Virus record (IMG/VR): IMGVR_UViG_3300028840_006732
Direction: 5' to 3' (one strand)
Length of the DNA stretch: 54,393 nt
DNA from: a virus
Lineage: Duplodnaviria > Heunggongvirae > Uroviricota > Caudoviricetes
Shown here: positions 36,960 through 45,730 of the stretch, in pieces
Position numbering within the stretch: position 1 is the first letter of the stretch
How the letters are laid out: the number at the start of each line of letters is the position of its first letter
The notes under the pieces: model-generated
What the model was told of the DNA's origin: nothing
What the model saw: the letters and a program-made list of their open reading frames with translations, nothing else
Database searches by the model: none
Made by a program: the position numbers and the translations under genes

Positions 36960-37505
36960 ATGTCGACCAAGCTGCTACCTACGAACTTCCTTTCACGCCG
37001 TGAGACTCAGCAGTTGGCCGAACGCCTGGTCAGCTTGCACAGCCAGCTCTCGGACGATCCAGATCTCCGCTGCCTGATCCGGGGCCTCGTATCCCGGCTC
37101 AGCGCGATTGACGGGATCTTGGCCGAACGGGCCACGGAGTATGCCGACAAGCCAGCTTACGAGCGGCTCTTCGAGACCGGCGAGGCAAAGCACGAGTGGA
37201 TGGAGGCCAAGCACTGCATCCATACTGCAAATGGATTGTTCTTCCTCGCGATCGGCCAAGAGGTTATGATAATCCCTGGGTCGGGTGGTGCCCGGTTGGG
37301 TTCCGGGAGATTCCGCCTGACACTGGGCAGCCCCAACGCCAAGCCCATCTACGCTACGGAGCTTAGGCACTTGCGGGGCTACGCGGAGGAGTACATGGCC
37401 CGCTACAAGGATGTCATGCCGGGCGACACCAAGTACCTTCTCGAACGAGTGTTCGGCGAGGAGGATCTTCCCCAGGTCGGCACGGAGGCCGCTCATGCCC
37501 TTTGA
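36960..37505 (+). CDS. hypothetical protein
   Basis: 181 aa, AAGGAGGT SD. Confidence 0.7.
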   Translation: MSTKLLPTNFLSRRETQQLAERLVSLHSQLSDDPDLRCLIRGLVSRLSAIDGILAERATEYADKPAYERLFETGEAKHEWMEAKHCIHTANGLFFLAIGQEVMIIPGSGGARLGSGRFRLTLGSPNAKPIYATELRHLRGYAEEYMARYKDVMPGDTKYLLERVFGEEDLPQVGTEAAHAL

Positions 37506-39111
37506 ATCCAAAGCTCAGCAGAGGAAATGTTACGCCCTGAAAGCTCGGGGAGAGGCCGGTAGTTGGGACTGCACGGAATGGTCCCACGCCACGGACTTCG
37601 ACGAGATCCCCGACAAGAAGAAAAAGCGCAAGGAGGCGAAAGCCATGGACGCGATTGCAGGATTGGCCAAGGAAGCCGCCGCCGGGGCAATGATCCCCAA
37701 AGCTACCAGTGCGCTGGCCGGACGAGCCAGCAGGGCCTTGGTTCCCCAGGCGGCAGCGACGGCCAAGAAGGGATTGCCTTGGGGCAAGATCGGCCTCGGG
37801 GCCGGAGCCTTGGGAGCCGGACTTGGCGGTGCAGCCGCGCTCAGCGGCAACCAGGACGCCAGTCGCGGCACGACCTCCAAGCCTCCCACGGGGCAAGGCA
37901 TCACGGCCAAGCCCGCAGCACCCGCTCAGGCGGCTCCTGCGCCTGCTGCCAAGCCGGCGGGCGGCGGCGGAGGCGTACTCCAGTGGATCATGGCCAACCC
38001 GGGCAAGGCGTCGTTGCTGGGCCTGGCAGGCGGTGGCATCGGCTACGGACTCTATCGGCTGTTGCGTGGCCGGCGGGGCCGGGACGAGGAGAAGGAAGGC
38101 AAGGACCACCTGCTCAAGCGGGCGTCCGACATCAAGCAGCACAACGCCGCCGTGATTCTCGATCGCCACCTCATCAAGATGGCCGACGACGCCAGCCCGG
38201 CTCTGGCCAAGAGCTTCAACGCGGTCCGCTCCCGCCTGGCCGCCGGAGAGTCGATCTCCACGGCGATGCACCGGGCGTTCCCCAAGATGGCTGCCGAGCG
38301 GCGAACCATCCTGTCCGGGCGCCTGTGTAAGCAGGCCATGGCCCATTTCGTCAAGGAGGCGTTCAAGGATCTCACGCCCACCGACGTGGCGGCTACCGGG
38401 GCGGCGGGCTACGGTGGCGCCCGGCTCGGAGAAGGGCTCGGTAAGCAGGTCGGAGCTTCAACGGCGAAGAGTGAGGCCTCGGGTGGTTTCCGAGAGATGC
38501 TCAAAAAGGTCCGGGGCGCCAAGGAGAAGTCGGTTGGCGAGTTCTCCAAAGCCACGGGTCCGTGGTGGAACACGCAGCGGGCGTTCGGGAACACCAGGGT
38601 CCAGCCCGGCGAAGGGAACTACCACCCGTTCGCCCGCGGCACCGGTGAGACATACCAGGGGGTAAGTCGGAGTCCCCACCGCGTGATGCCTGGCGGCTCC
38701 AGGACGAAGAATCTTGCCGAGGAGTTCGTGCAAAACCGTAGAGCGGTTGGCAAGAACACGGTCAAGTCGCTCAGAGCAAAGCGGCTGGCCGCCGGCCTGC
38801 AAGGTGGACGTATTGGCGGCAAGTGGGGCAAGGGCATCGGTGCCGCGCTCGGCATCCTCCTGCCGTTGATCCTCGGCAAGCATCGCTCGGCGACGATGAA
38901 GAAACAGCCTCAGGCTGCCACGCAGGCCAAGGCGGCCTGTGATCGCTACTTCGCTCTCTGCCAGCGGGCGGGCATCCCGAGAGCCCAGATCAAGCAGGCA
39001 GTCGACCAGTTCGTCAAGCAGGCGACCTGGCCGAGCTGCAAGCACAACAAGAAGAAGTCTTTCAGTGGAAAACCCAAGGAGGCCACTAACTGGATGAAGC
39101 AAAACTCCTGA
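37495..39111 (+). CDS. Gly/Ala/Lys-rich putative virion (internal head) protein
   Basis: Starts MPFESKAQQRK..W..T....P.KK; hydrophobic GxxxG segments; repeated K-x-A motifs. Confidence 0.6.
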   Translation: MPFESKAQQRKCYALKARGEAGSWDCTEWSHATDFDEIPDKKKKRKEAKAMDAIAGLAKEAAAGAMIPKATSALAGRASRALVPQAAATAKKGLPWGKIGLGAGALGAGLGGAAALSGNQDASRGTTSKPPTGQGITAKPAAPAQAAPAPAAKPAGGGGGVLQWIMANPGKASLLGLAGGGIGYGLYRLLRGRRGRDEEKEGKDHLLKRASDIKQHNAAVILDRHLIKMADDASPALAKSFNAVRSRLAAGESISTAMHRAFPKMAAERRTILSGRLCKQAMAHFVKEAFKDLTPTDVAATGAAGYGGARLGEGLGKQVGASTAKSEASGGFREMLKKVRGAKEKSVGEFSKATGPWWNTQRAFGNTRVQPGEGNYHPFARGTGETYQGVSRSPHRVMPGGSRTKNLAEEFVQNRRAVGKNTVKSLRAKRLAAGLQGGRIGGKWGKGIGAALGILLPLILGKHRSATMKKQPQAATQAKAACDRYFALCQRAGIPRAQIKQAVDQFVKQATWPSCKHNKKKSFSGKPKEATNWMKQNS

Positions 39112-39208
39112 GTTTCATCCGGCTCAGGTCCTTACATCGTGGTGAGGCCCTCCGCCGGACCGGCCGGCGAGGGGCTTAGCTTCGCCCCGGTATGGCAAGG
39201 GAGTGCCG

Positions 39209-40243
39209 ATGAAATCCGTCCGAGTCACCGTACCTACGGTCTACAGATCAATCTTCATTGGAGACATCCACGTACCCTTTCACGACCACGTCGCCGTCAA
39301 GCTGCTGGTGGAGTTTCTCAAATGGTTCCAGCCGCAGCGGATCTACCTGATCGGCGACGTCGTCGACTTCTATCCTCTCTCGCGGTTCGACCGCGATCCG
39401 GCACGCATCGGAACGCTCCAGATCGAGCTGGACGAGTGCGTCGACCTGTTCACGGAGATCCGTGACATCTGTCCTCACGCGGAGATGTTCTTCCGCGAGG
39501 GCAACCACGAGAAACGGCTCACCCGCTACCTCTGGCAGCACGACGAGATCGAGTCGCTCCGCTGCCTGGACATCAAGGAGCTGCTCAACCTCGAAGAGCT
39601 GCACATCGAGCATATCGAGTACAACGGGCATCTCGACCACTACCGCAGCTTCCTCGTGGAGCACGGCGATCTCTGCCGCAAGCACAGCGGCTACACGGCC
39701 AGGGCCATGATGGAGAAGCGGCAGCTCTCCGGCATCTGCGGCCACACGCACCGGCTGGGCGCTCACTACCAGACCGATCACGCCGGGCAGAAGGTCTGGT
39801 ACGAGAACGGCTGCCTCTGCCGGCTCGACCCCGAGTACATCGTGGGCAAGCCGAACTGGCAGCAGGGCTTCACGATCGCTCACAACTGGGAGAACCGCTT
39901 CCAGGTGGAGCAGGTGCCCGTGATGCGCGGCAGGATCTTCTGCCACGGCCGGCTCTGGGAGGCCGTCGAGGAGGCCAAGCCGGAGAAGCAACCCCTGAAA
40001 CTCGTTGTTCCTGATCTTGACCCCGTTCCCAAGGCAAGTTCTACTCCACAGGAGAGTTCTACTGTTCAGAAGAAACCGGCGGGCCGCGTTCCGCCTCGTC
40101 GGTCCAGACAGAAGGGGAACAACAATGCCCTCAAACCCGACCCGCCGCAGCTTCCTCCAGACGGCGATGGGGAGCCTGGCAGCCGCCCTGGTCCCCTGGA
40201 CGGCCGAGGCGACGGAGACGACGACTTCCTCTCCGCCGATTGA
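39209..40243 (+). CDS. calcineurin-like metallophosphoesterase
   Basis: GDIH, GDVVD, GNHE, HGD and GHTHR motifs in order. Confidence 0.9.
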   Translation: MKSVRVTVPTVYRSIFIGDIHVPFHDHVAVKLLVEFLKWFQPQRIYLIGDVVDFYPLSRFDRDPARIGTLQIELDECVDLFTEIRDICPHAEMFFREGNHEKRLTRYLWQHDEIESLRCLDIKELLNLEELHIEHIEYNGHLDHYRSFLVEHGDLCRKHSGYTARAMMEKRQLSGICGHTHRLGAHYQTDHAGQKVWYENGCLCRLDPEYIVGKPNWQQGFTIAHNWENRFQVEQVPVMRGRIFCHGRLWEAVEEAKPEKQPLKLVVPDLDPVPKASSTPQESSTVQKKPAGRVPPRRSRQKGNNNALKPDPPQLPPDGDGEPGSRPGPLDGRGDGDDDFLSAD

Positions 40244-41126
40244 TCTCGACACGATCGAGGCGGAGCTGAAGAACCTCGACAAGCTCACGGCGATCCAGCA
40301 GGAGATGGTTTCCTACTGCACGTTCAACGTGCCCCGGAACATCGCCTTGGGAATCGTCGGCAGCAGCAACCTCTTGCTCTGCGAGGGGCTGTCGATGCGC
40401 TTTCCCATCAGCCCTGCGCAACTTCATCAGATGCCGCTGGAGATCTCGATCGCTCGTGTCGTGGGCACCGCGTCCAACGCGCACAAGTTCTACGAGACCT
40501 TCGGGAACATCACGCACACCGAGAAGATGATCATGGGGATCTCCTACCACGACGTCCCCTCGGTCAACCAGGTCCACGACGCCGGGCTGCGTCACAGCCT
40601 GGCGCATCTTCCCATGAAGAAGACGATGGCTTTCGTCCTGGACCGGCCCATCCTCACGCAGATCGGCATCCAGGCGGAGACCCCGGCGTGCAGGATCGAC
40701 TCCTTCGGAGACAACGACGGCAAGGACGTCGAGGTCCCGGAGTCGGCGAGGATGGCGATCGCCGAGAACGTCCACATGATGTGTCATCGGCCCCCGGTGT
40801 GGACGAACGACTACGACCCCGACAACATCCACCAGTTCTTCCGTACGATCCCCAGTGGGTTCGTCTACGACAACCTGGTCCGCCAGGCCAGGAATCGGCG
40901 GCTCTACCAGGACCACCGGGAGAGAGCCGCGGAAGAGGCCAGGGTCAAGGCCTACGCCGACAACAACAAGGACCTCTCCGCCTGGGAAGAGGCCAAGGTG
41001 GATCTCGACGATCCCAGCACCTATCCCGTGCCGGAAACAAGGAGGCACTTCGGCGATAACCCCGAGCCGCTGGCACCGAGGCCCAGCGACCCGCCCAAGA
41101 TCGGACCGAAGCCTCATCTCCTGTAA
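40125..41126 (+). CDS. exported protein with twin-arginine signal peptide
   Basis: MPSNPTRRSFLQTAMGSLAAALVPWTAEA: T-R-R-x-F-L, h-region, A-x-A site; AAGGGGA SD before ATG 40125. Confidence 0.75.
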   Translation: MPSNPTRRSFLQTAMGSLAAALVPWTAEATETTTSSPPIDLDTIEAELKNLDKLTAIQQEMVSYCTFNVPRNIALGIVGSSNLLLCEGLSMRFPISPAQLHQMPLEISIARVVGTASNAHKFYETFGNITHTEKMIMGISYHDVPSVNQVHDAGLRHSLAHLPMKKTMAFVLDRPILTQIGIQAETPACRIDSFGDNDGKDVEVPESARMAIAENVHMMCHRPPVWTNDYDPDNIHQFFRTIPSGFVYDNLVRQARNRRLYQDHRERAAEEARVKAYADNNKDLSAWEEAKVDLDDPSTYPVPETRRHFGDNPEPLAPRPSDPPKIGPKPHLL

Positions 41127-41551
41127 TGATTATCCGCATTACGAAAGACAGCCGGGGAATAGTGGCTGACTCCGACCTCCCCGGCTGTCCTCCGGTTGGA
41201 ATCGGCTATACTCCACACGAGGCGATCGGCATGTTGATCGCCCTGTTGGCCAGCGAGAACAAATGCTGGGCTGCTCACGGCGCCGACTTCATCATCGAGG
41301 ACAAGCGCGGCCAAATCTGCGAGTTCTGCGGCAAGAGCTTCCGCACCAAGAAGCAGCTAGGAGGGCATCTAAATTTCCAGCATCGCACGGTGGATTACAC
41401 CCGCCACGACATCTTTAGGGCGCTGGGGTACCGCCATGCGTCCAAGATGTCTCCCCGGCATAAACGAGATTTGTTCATCCTCTCCGGTATCTCGCGAACT
41501 GACGCCGAGAAGATGGCGGGGCTCAACAGCAAAGACTACCCGAAACAGTAG
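41126..41551 (+). CDS. HicB-like N-terminal domain fused to a classical C2H2 zinc finger
   Basis: IVADSDLPGC..GIGYTPHEA (HicB pattern); CEFCGKSFRTKKQLGGHLNFQH = C-x2-C-x3-F-x5-L-x2-H-x4-H. Confidence 0.65.
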   Translation: MIIRITKDSRGIVADSDLPGCPPVGIGYTPHEAIGMLIALLASENKCWAAHGADFIIEDKRGQICEFCGKSFRTKKQLGGHLNFQHRTVDYTRHDIFRALGYRHASKMSPRHKRDLFILSGISRTDAEKMAGLNSKDYPKQ

Positions 41552-41573
41552 GTCACTACCGAGGAGAACAGTC

Positions 41574-41864
41574 ATGAGTTGTGGAATACCGTGCAGCGGC
41601 TGCGGGGCGATGACGGACGAGGCCGACCTCGAATACTACACCGTGCACTGCGCCTGCCAGGCGGAGTCGCAGCTCCCCTGCGAGCACGGCTACTGCGAGG
41701 CCTGCATGAAGGAAGAGGAGCCCGACTTCAAGTCCCAGGTGATCGAGACCCTGGGCGAGTGCGTGGGCTTGCTCCCGGCCGGAGAGACGTGGGCGGCTAC
41801 GGAGGACGGGGTGCTGATGTACCTCAGGGACATCGTCAACCACGTCAATGCGAGCGAAGCATGA
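41574..41864 (+). CDS. small Cys-rich protein (partial RING-like)
   Basis: CSGC..., CAC, PCEHGYCEAC; GAGGAG SD. Confidence 0.6.
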   Translation: MSCGIPCSGCGAMTDEADLEYYTVHCACQAESQLPCEHGYCEACMKEEEPDFKSQVIETLGECVGLLPAGETWAATEDGVLMYLRDIVNHVNASEA

Positions 41865-42031
41865 GCACGGGATTCCCCGGACATAACCGCAAGCGCACGG
41901 CACAGAAGCGCCAAGATCCCAAGTGCGAGACGTGCAAGACCAGGCCCGCCTATCGCTGGTTCACCTGGTGCGGCTATATCTGCAAACCCTGCCTGGAAGA
42001 TCGCTTGCCCCGGAAGGCCCCGGCCGGGTAG
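41861..42031 (+). CDS. small CxxC-CxxC zinc-binding protein
   Basis: CETC...CKPC; ATGA overlap. Confidence 0.5.
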   Translation: MSTGFPGHNRKRTAQKRQDPKCETCKTRPAYRWFTWCGYICKPCLEDRLPRKAPAG

Positions 42032-42212
42032 GATAAAGCCACGGCTGATGACTAAAAGAAAGCACATGCGCAACCGCGCATAACACCTCTTCCGGTCATC
42101 TCGTAACATCCCGGCTGCACGGTAACATCCGCGGTGTTGTCGTGCGTCAGGAACGTGCACAGAACCAGGTCCCCCGGTACTGTGCAACGTCGTGGACATC
42201 AAGGAGGATGCT

Positions 42213-45200
42213 ATGACTCAGGGAATGGGTCTTGGGCTCGGAGGGATGCCCCCTTGGGGTCGGATGTTTCAGAACGCCGGCAGCTTCAGCGGCCGGTTCC
42301 CCATGGGAGGGTTTAGCTGGGGAGCTGTCCCCGGCATGGCACCAGGTAAGGCTCCTCCTAATCCTGCCGCTCAGGTCGCCCCACAGGGCCCTGTGAAGGC
42401 AGACGCGCAGGGTGTCCAGCAAGCCTTTGCCAAGCTGGGCGGCTGCGAGAAGCAGGCACAGGGCGTCTCAGAGGAAAATAGAGGCAGTCACACGTCGGGC
42501 CCGTCGAGACCGGTCTCTCCCAGCGCCGTTCTCACCGGAAGGCCTGGCCCCGGGCGTAGTGGAGCACCAGTTGGCTCGTCCACTACACTACCCCGGGGCC
42601 GGGCTGACGGGTCTAGTCTTCCTGGCTTGCCCAAGTTCGCGTCTGACGCGGAGATCCTTGCCGCTCTCCCCCGTCTGGGCGGCTTCCCCCTCTCTGGAAC
42701 CCGCACGGCCGCGGGCAAGGAGCACGAAAAACTAGCAGCGCAGGACAACACGGCTGCTCCCCCCTCGCTAGACCCGAAGGGGATAGCTGCGCTGACGGCA
42801 ATGAACGTCGGCGGGGGCGCGTTGGCCGGCAACAAAGTGGGCACGATGCTCGCCGAAAAACACACCCAACGCTGGCGGAATCTGGCGAATAGGGCCGCGA
42901 ACACTAGCTACGATCGTGGCCGGCACCAGGAGAGTCGCCTGCTGAATAACTTCACCCGCAACGGCAAGCTGCGGCAGATGTTCAAGCGTCTGCCGCGTCG
43001 GGGTCGTTGGATTGGTGGGGGCATCGGCGGCGGGCTTTCGTTGGCGTTGACGCTGTTGTTGCAGAAGCTCTCCGGCGGCAAGCCGACTGCCGACGCGGGG
43101 ACGACCAAGCCTACTGTTGACGCCCAAGGAAAGCCGATCACCAAGTCAGCGGCACAGGACAACACGGCTCCCCGGCTCTCCGCGACGGGGGATTCGAGCG
43201 GCCTGACGTTCGCCCACAAGAGCGATGACTACGCCCAGGGCCAGGACGCCTGGGGCTCGTTGCACAAGTATTTCAAGGGCGGCAGCAAGCTGCGTTCGCA
43301 GCCCTCGCCGCTGACCGGCAAGCACCGGGGAGAGGAGAAGGCCGTGCGCCAGATGAAGGCCGACTCCTTCCTCAAGGACGCATCGAACGGAGGCAAGGAG
43401 ATGGAGAAGGACGCCATCGCTTTCGAGGCCCTGCCGCCTGATTTCCAGGCCAGGTACCAGCGGAATTTTGCCTCTGGGCGGACGCAGATGTCGCCCCGGG
43501 AGGCGGCTGCCTACTACGCCAAGAACTACGAGACGCCGCAGCAGCGGGCGACTCGGTTTTCCTCCGAGCGTGCGCAGCAGTTGCGCACTACTCCGCAGCA
43601 GAAGTACGAGGCTGCGTTGGCCCGGGGAGACACGGGCATGGCCGACTACTACCGCTCCAAGATGAGTGGTGGCGGCCAGCAGTTTCTCGACCAGGCGAGG
43701 CAGCAGGCCAGCCAGGCTGCCGCCCGGATCGGCAAGCCGGCACAGCTTCCCAGCATGGGAGGTTTCTCCCGCAATCTCGACGCGGGTCCGCCCGCGATCA
43801 TCGGCTCCCAGGCCCCCGGTGGACAGAGGCCGCCTAAGCCGCCGTCCGTGGGTGGATTTCGTCCCCGGCGTCCGCCGGCCACTATGGGCCAGGCTCGCGG
43901 CATCCCCGGGATGCCCAAGCTGGGAGAGGATCTCTCGCCTTTCGCTCGCGGCTTCTTCGGCTGTTGCCTGGCCAAGGGCATGGACGAGGGCCAGGTCAAG
44001 CAGGCCATGGACGCAGCCATCGAGAGGTTCGGCAAGCTCGTGGAGGAGGATCTCAAAAGCGGTTTTGAGAAGTGTGCCTTCTTCGGGAAGGCCCGCGGTC
44101 TGCTCAACCGGGGGCTCCAGTGGGGCGCCCGCAAGCTCGCTCCCAAGGCGATGCAGGAGGGAGCCAGGCAGGCCGGGAAGGCCGCTCCGCAGGCGGCCAA
44201 GGTCGTTACCACGAAGGTCACTCCCTACTCCGCCTCGCGGGCCATGGTGCCCTACAGCGCCGAGTTCGCCGCCCGGCAGGCTGCTCGCCAGGGTGCGCGC
44301 AGGGGCACGCAGATGGCCACCAGGGCCGGCTTGCCCGCCGCCACCCAGGGAGGCAAGCTCGCTCTTCCCCGAGCCGTCAAGGGGCAGATCGGCAGCCGGC
44401 TGGGCCACGGCACGGCGACGGGAGTAGCCCAGGGTTTTGCCGAGCCTGCTTTGCTCAATCAACGCGATCCTGTCACCGGCGAGCCCACGATCTTCAGTTG
44501 GGGAGGCGCGGCTCGGGGCTTCGGTCTCGGTGCCCTTCTCGGCAAGAACCGGGCCGTCAGGAGCTGGTACGGTCGTCCCGTCACCCGTGCCGGTATCGCC
44601 TCGATCGGCGGTGAAGTTGCCGACACGGGGCTCGGCGCCATGGGCATCGACACCGGCGGCCGACTTCGCCAGGCTGCGGCCTGGGGAGCCGGCGGCCTGA
44701 GCACGCCGTGGGGTCGTCGCATGATGGGAACGGCCGCTCCCAAAGTCCTCAGCGGCATCGACGACTTCGCTATCCCCAGGCTCCTGCCGCAGGGCGCTCA
44801 GGGTGCTTGGGGCCGTGGGGCACGCGGTCTGGGTCGTGGCATGAGCAATCTCACCGGTGGCCGCATGGGCAAGGGCCTGATGCGTCACGGGGAGCGGATG
44901 ATACGTCCCGAGAGCGCTGCCTCGAAGTGGGGCCGGCGTACGTTGGGCGGCTCCATGGCCCTGGCCGGTGGAACGGCCTTTGCCGGAGCCACGATGGACA
45001 ATCTCCGTGCCCAGATCGGCGACGAGATGACCATGCAGTTCCAGCAGCAAGCCCCCGCCATGATCAAGCAGCTCACCGGGAAGACGCCCGAGGAGCTGCA
45101 AGCGATCCTCGCCCAGGCCGACTCGATGGGGCAGATCGGCAACGTCCTCGGCGGCATGGAGGGGATCTTCGACAAGATCCTCGGCTTCTTCAATGCCGAC

Positions 45201-45587
45201 CCCAGCTCGATGAACCTGATGCAGAAGGCCTTGCTGGTTCTCGGCGGAGGTGCGCTGCTCGGCGGTGCCCTGACTGGCTCCGGCACGATGGCGGGCGTGG
45301 GCGGTCTGGCGATGGCCGGCGGCCTGCTGCCTATGATGGGAGGCTTCGGCGGCCAGGGTGCTCCGGCAGGTCAAGGTGCTCCCCCGCCTCCCGCCGATCC
45401 CGCGGCAGCGGCACAACCTCAAGCCCAGGCGGCGATGCCCAGCCCCGAGCAGCAGACGGCCAGTATGCTCCGGACGGGACCCGACGAGCTTCAGCGGATG
45501 CTGGAGCGCACGGGACAGGTTCGGCCTCACAACATCAACCCGAACGCCACGGCGGCTCTCCAGGACGAACTGGCGGGAGTGGCGTAA
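42213..45587 (+). CDS. large Gly/Ala-rich putative virion protein (internal/ejection or tape-measure-like)
   Basis: 1124 aa, AAGGAGG SD, several GxxxG hydrophobic segments, duplicated AAQDNTA, repeated K-x-A/G motifs. Confidence 0.65.
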   Translation: MTQGMGLGLGGMPPWGRMFQNAGSFSGRFPMGGFSWGAVPGMAPGKAPPNPAAQVAPQGPVKADAQGVQQAFAKLGGCEKQAQGVSEENRGSHTSGPSRPVSPSAVLTGRPGPGRSGAPVGSSTTLPRGRADGSSLPGLPKFASDAEILAALPRLGGFPLSGTRTAAGKEHEKLAAQDNTAAPPSLDPKGIAALTAMNVGGGALAGNKVGTMLAEKHTQRWRNLANRAANTSYDRGRHQESRLLNNFTRNGKLRQMFKRLPRRGRWIGGGIGGGLSLALTLLLQKLSGGKPTADAGTTKPTVDAQGKPITKSAAQDNTAPRLSATGDSSGLTFAHKSDDYAQGQDAWGSLHKYFKGGSKLRSQPSPLTGKHRGEEKAVRQMKADSFLKDASNGGKEMEKDAIAFEALPPDFQARYQRNFASGRTQMSPREAAAYYAKNYETPQQRATRFSSERAQQLRTTPQQKYEAALARGDTGMADYYRSKMSGGGQQFLDQARQQASQAAARIGKPAQLPSMGGFSRNLDAGPPAIIGSQAPGGQRPPKPPSVGGFRPRRPPATMGQARGIPGMPKLGEDLSPFARGFFGCCLAKGMDEGQVKQAMDAAIERFGKLVEEDLKSGFEKCAFFGKARGLLNRGLQWGARKLAPKAMQEGARQAGKAAPQAAKVVTTKVTPYSASRAMVPYSAEFAARQAARQGARRGTQMATRAGLPAATQGGKLALPRAVKGQIGSRLGHGTATGVAQGFAEPALLNQRDPVTGEPTIFSWGGAARGFGLGALLGKNRAVRSWYGRPVTRAGIASIGGEVADTGLGAMGIDTGGRLRQAAAWGAGGLSTPWGRRMMGTAAPKVLSGIDDFAIPRLLPQGAQGAWGRGARGLGRGMSNLTGGRMGKGLMRHGERMIRPESAASKWGRRTLGGSMALAGGTAFAGATMDNLRAQIGDEMTMQFQQQAPAMIKQLTGKTPEELQAILAQADSMGQIGNVLGGMEGIFDKILGFFNADPSSMNLMQKALLVLGGGALLGGALTGSGTMAGVGGLAMAGGLLPMMGGFGGQGAPAGQGAPPPPADPAAAAQPQAQAAMPSPEQQTASMLRTGPDELQRMLERTGQVRPHNINPNATAALQDELAGVA
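44052..44069. repeat. palindrome copy 4, CTCAAAAGCGGTTTTGAG (inside CDS; arms extend to 8 bp)
   Basis: Read directly; encodes LKSGFE using AAA/GGT/TTT codons. Confidence 0.95.
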
Positions 45588-45730
45588 CGAGGTAGCTCGG
45601 GCGGCATTTCCTTGGTAGTATGATGCTGCGCCGCTCGGGCAGGTCGCTATCTGGGGACGGTTGGAACCAACCGTCCTGAAGCGAGTTGAACTCTCGCCTT
45701 GCGGGTGCTCTTTAACGTCCGGAGAAACCC

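Noticed and set aside
45631-45705. Functional tRNA gene
   Set aside because: No 7-nt anticodon loop, imperfect acceptor stem, non-canonical T-loop and no CCA; kept only as a structured-RNA candidate.
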